Source: Cellvibrionaceae bacterium
GTDB lineage: Bacteria > Pseudomonadota > Gammaproteobacteria > Pseudomonadales > Cellvibrionaceae
DNA length: 64,000 nucleotides
Reading direction: 5' to 3'
Assembly: GCA_021151525.1 (NCBI GenBank)
Contig: JAGKXD010000003.1
Location: forward strand, 26,978 to 90,977
Program-made: the position numbers and the translations under genes
Notes under the pieces: generated by a model
What the model was told of the DNA's origin: nothing
What the model saw: the letters and a program-made list of their open reading frames with translations, nothing else
The model's database searches: none
Part shown: positions 57,194-64,000 of the stretch, in pieces
Layout of the letters: every line of letters begins with the position of its first letter
How positions within the stretch are numbered: the first letter of the stretch is position 1

Positions 57194-59617
57194 ATGAAAT
57201 ATTGTGTGTTTGTTATTGGTTTGCTTTTCTCATTTTGTACCTTCGCAAAAACGAACGCACCTTTATTCCAACCTTATCCTCTAATGCCTTACCCGCAAAA
57301 AATTAGCTCGCAATCCGGGCAATTTACTTTGCCGAAACGAATGGAGCTAGTTGTTGAAGGCATTGTTCCAGATAGTGCGGATTCACTACAAGTTCGCTCT
57401 GCGATTGATGGCTTTGTAAAGCGCACACAATTGCAAACAAGCATTGCATTTGAACTCACCGGTACAACCAAAACTGACGTACCAATTTTTCATGTTATTG
57501 TTACTGGCCCTGCAATCGCAAATCCAAATTCCATTGCGGGAATTGATGAAGCTTATCAGCTCAGTATTAATAAAAAATCTATTACTCTCTCTGCTGTCAA
57601 TCAGATTGGCGTTATGCATGGGCTGGAAACACTCCTGCAATTAATTGGCGAACAACAAAAAGTTGTAAAGCTGCCTTTGGTGGAAATTAAAGATTATCCG
57701 CGTTTTAAATGGCGTGGCTTGTTGTTAGATACTTCGCGTCATTTCTTTTCTGTGGCAACACTCAAACGCCAGATTGATGCCATGGCCGCTGCAAAATTAA
57801 ATGTATTTCATTGGCACTTAACGGACGACCAAGGTTGGCGACTTGAATTAAAGTCGTTACCAAAATTACATCAGCTAGCATCTGACGGCGAATTCTATAC
57901 GCAAGATGATATTCGCAATGTAGTTGCCTACGCACAAGCGCGCGGCATTCATGTGATTCCAGAAGTCGATATGCCCGGTCATGCGAGCGCAATTGCCATG
58001 GCTTACCCGGAATTGTTATCGGGCAATGGCCCCTATAAAAAAGAAATTCGCTGGGGTGTTCACAGCCCAACCTTGAATCCCGCCAATGAACAGGTTTATG
58101 ACTTCGCTGACAAAGTGGTAAATGAATTAACAACACTTTTCCCGTTTGAATATATTCATATGGGTGGCGATGAAGTACATCCTGATGAATGGAATAATAA
58201 TCCCGCCATTCAGAAATTTATGCGCGATAAAAAATTGCAATCGCCGCATGACTTGCAAGCTTATTTCAATCAACGTTTGGTAAAAATTCTGGCGAAGCAC
58301 AATCGCAAAATGGTGGGCTGGGATGAAATCCAGCATCCAGATTTACCCAAAGATATAGTTGTACAATCCTGGCGCGGCCCCGATGCGGTGAGCGATGCAG
58401 TTAGTCACGGCGTTCAAGCACTTTTATCAACCGGATTTTATCTCGATCAAGCACAGCCAACTGCCTATCATTATCGCAGTGATCCTATTCCTCCTCAGCC
58501 TTCAAAAAATGATCTTGTTGGCGAAGGCGAAACTCAACAATCATGGTTCTTTAGTTTTGCGCGCAAACGCGGTGCGCCTGTTGCCGGAACTTTTAGTTTG
58601 ATACGCGAGAAAACCGGCCAGCAACGCGGCTACATAGATTTTAAAGATAAATCGCGCCGCGACCTCAGCGTTATAAAAATTGTGGATGGCCTTACAAAAA
58701 TTTCGGTGGATACCTGGATGGGACCACTCACCATCAGCTTCCCACAAAACCAAAAAGAGTTTACCAGTTCTGCATTGGTTTCTAACGCCGCCTACGAATT
58801 ACACGGTCAATTATTAGAAAGCAATCCAGAGCCAATAAAAGCCCCACAATTAACCGAAGCGCAACAACAATTAATTCTGGGTGGGGAAGCGGCTTTGTGG
58901 GCAGAAATTTTGGATGAATCAGTGATGGATTTACGTTTATGGCCACGTGGTTTTGCAGTGGCAGAACGCTTATGGTCTAGAGCAGATGTGCGTGATGAAC
59001 AGAGCATGTATGAGCGAATGACAAGTGTTGGCAAGCTTGCCGAAAAATCTATTGGATTACAAAACAAGATTGAATCTGAAGCTTTGCTAAAAAAATTGGC
59101 GGGCAGCGAACATATTGAATCACTACAGATTTTTGCAGAGGCTTTAGAGCAAGCGCAGTATTACCATCGTCAACATGAAAAAATGGTTAACGCGACTTAT
59201 TCAAAAAGTGATCGCTTGGATCAGTTTGTCGATGCGTTACCGCCAGAGAATTTATTGGTGCGTGAATTAAATCTATCAGTAGCCGCCTGGTTGAAAAATC
59301 TAAAAGATCGCGCGCTAAAAAAAGAATTACTATCGACGTTCACTCGCTGGCATAAAAATACGGCACAAGTTTCGGTAGTGATAAATGCGCGCGAAGATTT
59401 AAAACCACTTGCAGGACTTTTGCAAAAAGTAGATGCCATTGCTCAGTTGGGTGTTGAGCTTGTGCAAAAAATCGATCAACAGAAATCGCTATCGCAAGCA
59501 GAATTCATCGCTGCAAAACAAACTATTGCGTCTGCACAAAAAATCGATAATGAAATGGTGATTGCTGCAGCTTACCCTGTTGAAGCTTTGCTTAACTCAG
59601 TCCATAAAAGCGAATAG
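57194..59617 (+). CDS. Secreted GH20 beta-N-acetylhexosaminidase with a large insertion (candidate OngA-like)
   Basis: Signal peptide; WRGLLLDTSRHF, HWHLTDDQGWR, HMGGDE catalytic pair, GGEAALWAE. Confidence 0.93.
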   Translation: MKYCVFVIGLLFSFCTFAKTNAPLFQPYPLMPYPQKISSQSGQFTLPKRMELVVEGIVPDSADSLQVRSAIDGFVKRTQLQTSIAFELTGTTKTDVPIFHVIVTGPAIANPNSIAGIDEAYQLSINKKSITLSAVNQIGVMHGLETLLQLIGEQQKVVKLPLVEIKDYPRFKWRGLLLDTSRHFFSVATLKRQIDAMAAAKLNVFHWHLTDDQGWRLELKSLPKLHQLASDGEFYTQDDIRNVVAYAQARGIHVIPEVDMPGHASAIAMAYPELLSGNGPYKKEIRWGVHSPTLNPANEQVYDFADKVVNELTTLFPFEYIHMGGDEVHPDEWNNNPAIQKFMRDKKLQSPHDLQAYFNQRLVKILAKHNRKMVGWDEIQHPDLPKDIVVQSWRGPDAVSDAVSHGVQALLSTGFYLDQAQPTAYHYRSDPIPPQPSKNDLVGEGETQQSWFFSFARKRGAPVAGTFSLIREKTGQQRGYIDFKDKSRRDLSVIKIVDGLTKISVDTWMGPLTISFPQNQKEFTSSALVSNAAYELHGQLLESNPEPIKAPQLTEAQQQLILGGEAALWAEILDESVMDLRLWPRGFAVAERLWSRADVRDEQSMYERMTSVGKLAEKSIGLQNKIESEALLKKLAGSEHIESLQIFAEALEQAQYYHRQHEKMVNATYSKSDRLDQFVDALPPENLLVRELNLSVAAWLKNLKDRALKKELLSTFTRWHKNTAQVSVVINAREDLKPLAGLLQKVDAIAQLGVELVQKIDQQKSLSQAEFIAAKQTIASAQKIDNEMVIAAAYPVEALLNSVHKSE

Positions 59618-59642
59618 CTGTTGTCGCAACATTAAACTGCTT

Positions 59643-59678
59643 GGATTAAAGCTGTTTGTTAGGCAACAGCTTTAATCC
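59643..59678. terminator. 14-bp hairpin after the GH20 gene
   Basis: GGATTAAAGCTGTT...AACAGCTTTAATCC; no clear U-tract. Confidence 0.5.
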
Positions 59679-59811
59679 GGCGCTATATGATATTTGTAAT
59701 CTATTTAAGCGCCTCCCTTGAAGTTCCCTCTTGCCTGCCTCAAGTAGTTTCTACTTAGCGCAACTCTTGTGGTTGTAATCTGATGACTCGTGTATTTCCT
59801 GAGGTGGCTTT

Positions 59812-60870
59812 ATGTCTGTTTTATTTGAACCCGTACAAATTGGCGATTTGCAATTAGCGAATCGAGTGATCATGGCTCCCTTAACGCGCTCGCGTGGTAC
59901 GGGTGAAGACAATCGCGTTCCTAACGATTTAATCGCCACCTATTATTCTCAGCGCGCGGATGCAGGTTTAATTATCAGCGAAGCCACGGCAGTAACACCC
60001 ATGGGTGTTGGCTATGCGCGCACGCCGGGCATTTGGTCTGACGAGCAAGTGCAAGGCTGGAAAAAAACCACCAGCGCTGTTCACGCAAAAGGCGGCAAGA
60101 TCGTGTTGCAACTTTGGCATGTTGGGCGCATTTCTGACCCTATGTTTTTAAACGGCGAATTACCGGTTGCACCTAGTGCAATTGCGGCTCAGGGGCACGT
60201 CAGTTTGGTGCGCCCGGAAAAAGCTTATGTAACACCGCGTGCGTTAGAAACGAGCGAAATTCCCGGTATTGTTGAAGCCTTCCGCAAAGGAGCAGCGAAT
60301 GCCAAAGCCGCCGGTTTTGATGGTGTAGAAATCCACGGCGCGAACGGCTATCTCATTGATCAATTCTTGCAAGACAGCACCAATCACCGTACCGATCAAT
60401 ACGGTGGCAGCATTGAAAACCGTGCACGTTTAGCCTTGGAAATTGCCGATGCCGTGATTTCAGTTTGGGGCGCAAGCCGCGTTGGTTTCCACATAGCGCC
60501 GCGCGGTGATGCACACACCATGGGCGATTCTGATCCCGTAGCCTTGTTTACTTATTTGGCGAGCGAATTGGGTAAGCGCAAGATCGCATTTATTTGCGCG
60601 CGTGAATATCAAGCTGAAGATTCTATTGGCGATAAAATCAAAGCCGCTTTTGGTGGGGCTTATATTGCCAATGAAAAATTCACTCAGGAATCGGCAGAAA
60701 CTTTGATTAAAAGTGGCGGCGCTACTGCAGTTGCTTTTGGCTCCCAATATATCGCCAACCCAGATTTGCTGACGCGTTTTCAGCAGGGTTTACCATTGGC
60801 AAATGTAAATTGGGAGACGGTTTACGGCGCAACAGCGGTGGGTTATACGGACTATCCAGCGGCTAGTTAA
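59812..60870 (+). CDS. Old yellow enzyme family alkene reductase (NemA/XenB-like)
   Basis: NRVIMAPLTRSR, QLWHVGR, EIHGANGYL, RTDQYGGS. Confidence 0.95.
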   Translation: MSVLFEPVQIGDLQLANRVIMAPLTRSRGTGEDNRVPNDLIATYYSQRADAGLIISEATAVTPMGVGYARTPGIWSDEQVQGWKKTTSAVHAKGGKIVLQLWHVGRISDPMFLNGELPVAPSAIAAQGHVSLVRPEKAYVTPRALETSEIPGIVEAFRKGAANAKAAGFDGVEIHGANGYLIDQFLQDSTNHRTDQYGGSIENRARLALEIADAVISVWGASRVGFHIAPRGDAHTMGDSDPVALFTYLASELGKRKIAFICAREYQAEDSIGDKIKAAFGGAYIANEKFTQESAETLIKSGGATAVAFGSQYIANPDLLTRFQQGLPLANVNWETVYGATAVGYTDYPAAS

Positions 60871-60877
60871 TTTGTAC

Positions 60878-60961
60878 GTAGCCCCTAAGGAGCGCAGCGC
60901 ATTACGGGGGAGAATTTCGTCATACACAAACCCGTAAGGCGCTGCGCTCCTTACGGGCTAC
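60878..60961. repeat. GTAG-type REP doublet; supplies the TAG stop of the small HTH gene
   Basis: GTAGCCCCTAAGGAGCGCAGCGCATTACGGGG / CCCGTAAGGCGCTGCGCTCCTTACGGGCTAC. Confidence 0.85.
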
Positions 60962-61179
60962 TCGAGTTCGCCTTTCTCATCAACAATCTGCACTAAAGTC
61001 GCGATTCCATTGTTACGCAACTTATCCATCAGCTTGGCGAGTTTCTCTACTTGCGCGGCATCCAACTGTTCGCCGTGGATAAACGTCAAGCGCTGCTTTT
61101 TAACCAGCTCGTACACATAATCTGTACGCACACGTAAGCGTTCAGCGGTTTGGGTGATGGATAAAAGTTGTTGCAGCAT
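60958..61179 (-). CDS. Small excisionase-like (HTH_17) protein, 73 aa
   Basis: LLSITQTAERLRVRTDYVYELVKKQRL; start re-called at MLQQLL. Confidence 0.6.
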   Translation of the reverse strand: MLQQLLSITQTAERLRVRTDYVYELVKKQRLTFIHGEQLDAAQVEKLAKLMDKLRNNGIATLVQIVDEKGELE

Positions 61180-61244
61180 GGCGATGGGTCTGTGCGGAAA
61201 TTGTTGGTTACTATGCCACAAACTGCCTGCGCGCAAAGGGTTAA

Positions 61245-61955
<711 letters not shown>

Positions 61956-62085
61956 ATTCTTTAGCTAGCGGCTATTTTCTAAGCATACTTTTTATACACA
62001 TCCCTTGGCAGTTTTACCTGATCTAGCGCATAATGCGCCCACTTTTTTAAGGCGGCTTAGCCGCGTTTTTGTTGAGTACAAAGTT

Positions 62086-62337
62086 ATGGCACGTATTACC
62101 GTTGAAGATTGTTTAGCTCACGTAGATAACCGCTTTGAGTTGGTTATGGTTAGCAGCCGCCGCGCACGTCAATTGGCGATTGGTGGTAAAGAGCCGCACG
62201 TAGCACCAGAGAACGATAAACCAACCGTTATCGCTCTGCGTGAAATTGAAGAAGGCTTCATCGACGCCAGCATCCTGTTGGAAAAAGAGACCTTGCCACA
62301 ACCAAAACCAGAGCGCGTATACGACAACGAGATCTAA
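62086..62337 (+). CDS. rpoZ: RNA polymerase omega subunit
   Basis: MARITVEDC...NRFELV...[11 protein letters not shown]. Confidence 0.99.
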   Translation: MARITVEDCLAHVDNRFELVMVSSRRARQLAIGGKEPHVAPENDKPTVIALREIEEGFIDASILLEKETLPQPKPERVYDNEI

Positions 62338-62358
62338 TTCCGTCGTCCATCGCTTCGC

Positions 62359-62394
62359 AAAAACCCGCTAAGTCCCAGATTCAGCGGGTTTTTT
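62359..62394 (+). terminator. Terminator between rpoZ and spoT
   Basis: AAAAACCCGCT...AGCGGGTTTTT. Confidence 0.75.
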
Positions 62395-62488
62395 GTTGCC
62401 CAAAATTCACCTCTTGTTCAGTATTTGGGGTTACACTTCGGGTAAGTGTTAATATTCATGTTATAAATTTTCTGTTCGGAGCACGGCA

Positions 62489-64000
62489 TTGCAAACCATT
62501 GAAGCCTTAAGCCACCGGCTTTCGTCTTATCTGGAAGCGCCCCAAATCAATTTGGTGAAGCGTGCCTACTACTATGCCGAACAAGCCCACGACGGCCAAA
62601 AGCGCCGCAGCGGCGAAGCCTATATCACCCATCCCCTTGCCGTTGCCGATATCCTCGCCACCATGCACATGGATCACCAAAGCCTTATGGCGGCCATGTT
62701 GCACGATGTGATTGAAGACACCGGCATCAGCAAAAAAGCCATAGCCACCCAGTTTGGTGATTCGGTGGCGGATTTGGTGGATGGCGTAAGTAAGCTCACC
62801 CAAATTGAATTTGAATCTCACGCGGAAAAGCAGGCCGAGAACTTCCAGAAAATGGCTTTGGCCATGGCGAATGACCTTCGCGTGATCTTGGTAAAACTCG
62901 CCGACCGTTTGCACAACATGCGCACCTTGGGCGCTATGCCTCCAGAGAAAAAGCGCCGCATCGCCAAAGAAACCTTAGAGATTTACGCACCCATTGCGCA
63001 TCGCTTGGGCATGAACGATTTGCGTTTGGAATTGGAAGATCGCGGTTTCTACACCATGTATCCATTGCGAGCGACGCGCTTGCAAGCCGCATTAAAAAGC
63101 GCGCGTGGCAATCGCAAAGAATTAGTCGAGCAAATTCAAACTGCATTGGAAAAACGTTTAACCAGCGAAAATTTAACGGCGATTGTGATTGGCCGTGAAA
63201 AACATCTTTTCAGTATTTACGAAAAGATGCGCACCAAGAAAAAATTCTTCAAAGAAATTATGGATGTTTATGCCTTCCGCATAATCGTGGATAGTGTGGA
63301 CACCTGCTATCGCGCACTCGGCGTGGTGCACAATTTATATAAACCTGTAGCGGGCGAATTTAAAGACTACATCGCCATTCCCAAAGCCAACGGTTACCAA
63401 TCATTGCATACGGTTTTAGTCGGCATGCACGGCGTGCCCATCGAAGTGCAAATTCGCACCAAAGAAATGGATGAAATGGCCAACAGCGGAATCGCGGCGC
63501 ATTTCCTTTATAAATCCAACAGCAGCGATACAGTAAACATCAGCCACAACCGCGCACGCCAATGGGTGCAAGGTTTGTTGGAAATGCAAAAACGCGCAGG
63601 CGATTCATTAGAATTTATTGAAAACGTAAAAATCGATCTCTTCCCCGATGAAGTTTACGTGTTCACACCCAAAGGCAAAATTGTGGAATTACCCACCGGT
63701 GCAACTGCCGTAGATTTTGCTTACGCAGTACACACCGATGTTGGCAACGCATGCGTTGCTTGTCGAATTAATGGTCGCCTTGCACCTTTATCGCAACCTT
63801 TATTGAGTGGCCAAAAAGTTACCATCATGACTGCGCAAGGTGCGCAGCCAAATCCGAATTGGTTGAACTTTGCAGTCTCTGGAAAAGCGCGCAGTGCAAT
63901 TCGCCACTTTTTGAAAAACCAACGCCATCATCAATCGATTGCGCTTGGTCGTCGCTTGTTAAGCAAAGCCTTTAGCGATTTGCAAATGAGTTACGAGCAG
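62489..64000 (+). CDS. spoT: Bifunctional (p)ppGpp synthetase/hydrolase SpoT (3'-truncated by window end; absent from ORF track)
   Basis: TTG start after GGAG; AHDGQKRRSGEAYITHP, LHDVIED, KLADRLHNMRTL, KDYIAIPKANGYQSLHT, TGS region. Confidence 0.97.
   Translation, partial: MQTIEALSHRLSSYLEAPQINLVKRAYYYAEQAHDGQKRRSGEAYITHPLAVADILATMHMDHQSLMAAMLHDVIEDTGISKKAIATQFGDSVADLVDGVSKLTQIEFESHAEKQAENFQKMALAMANDLRVILVKLADRLHNMRTLGAMPPEKKRRIAKETLEIYAPIAHRLGMNDLRLELEDRGFYTMYPLRATRLQAALKSARGNRKELVEQIQTALEKRLTSENLTAIVIGREKHLFSIYEKMRTKKKFFKEIMDVYAFRIIVDSVDTCYRALGVVHNLYKPVAGEFKDYIAIPKANGYQSLHTVLVGMHGVPIEVQIRTKEMDEMANSGIAAHFLYKSNSSDTVNISHNRARQWVQGLLEMQKRAGDSLEFIENVKIDLFPDEVYVFTPKGKIVELPTGATAVDFAYAVHTDVGNACVACRINGRLAPLSQPLLSGQKVTIMTAQGAQPNPNWLNFAVSGKARSAIRHFLKNQRHHQSIALGRRLLSKAFSDLQMSYEQ

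Overview
64 kb of a gammaproteobacterial chromosome. Gene order, TonB-receptor style, PEP-CTERM, crc and sahR suggest a Cellvibrio-like (Cellvibrionaceae) organism; this is inference. The conserved backbone (recQ; pgk-tkt/sahR-metK-ahcY-metF; mutM; rpmBG-radC; coaBC-algC-argB-slmA; pyrE-crc-rph-yicC; gmk-rpoZ-spoT) is interrupted by accessory genes and three families of REP-like palindromes. Main result: a ~15 kb insertion between yicC and gmk carries a co-oriented locus of TonB receptor, PLP fold-III D-amino-acid-type deaminase, GntP permease, RpiR regulator, N-acyl-D-amino-acid deacylase, RidA and GH20 hexosaminidase. It reads as a pathway for using LPMO-oxidised chitin (GlcNAc1A -> glucosaminate -> KDG) and has seven copies of a TGAAAATnnTTTTCA operator. 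Other notable items: a ~370-nt highly base-paired tkt leader (candidate new RNA); a near-leaderless SahR with a repeated acidic N-terminal extension and a perfect 28-bp operator; a CRP/Vfr box ahead of a PEP-CTERM gene; a gluzincin-TPR-MORN fusion protein; a ~270-bp nested palindrome; and no dut at its usual locus. rpmG and the truncated spoT are missing from the ORF track and were read by hand. No rRNA, tRNA, CRISPR array, integrase or transposase was seen. All family calls come from motif recognition; no searches were run.
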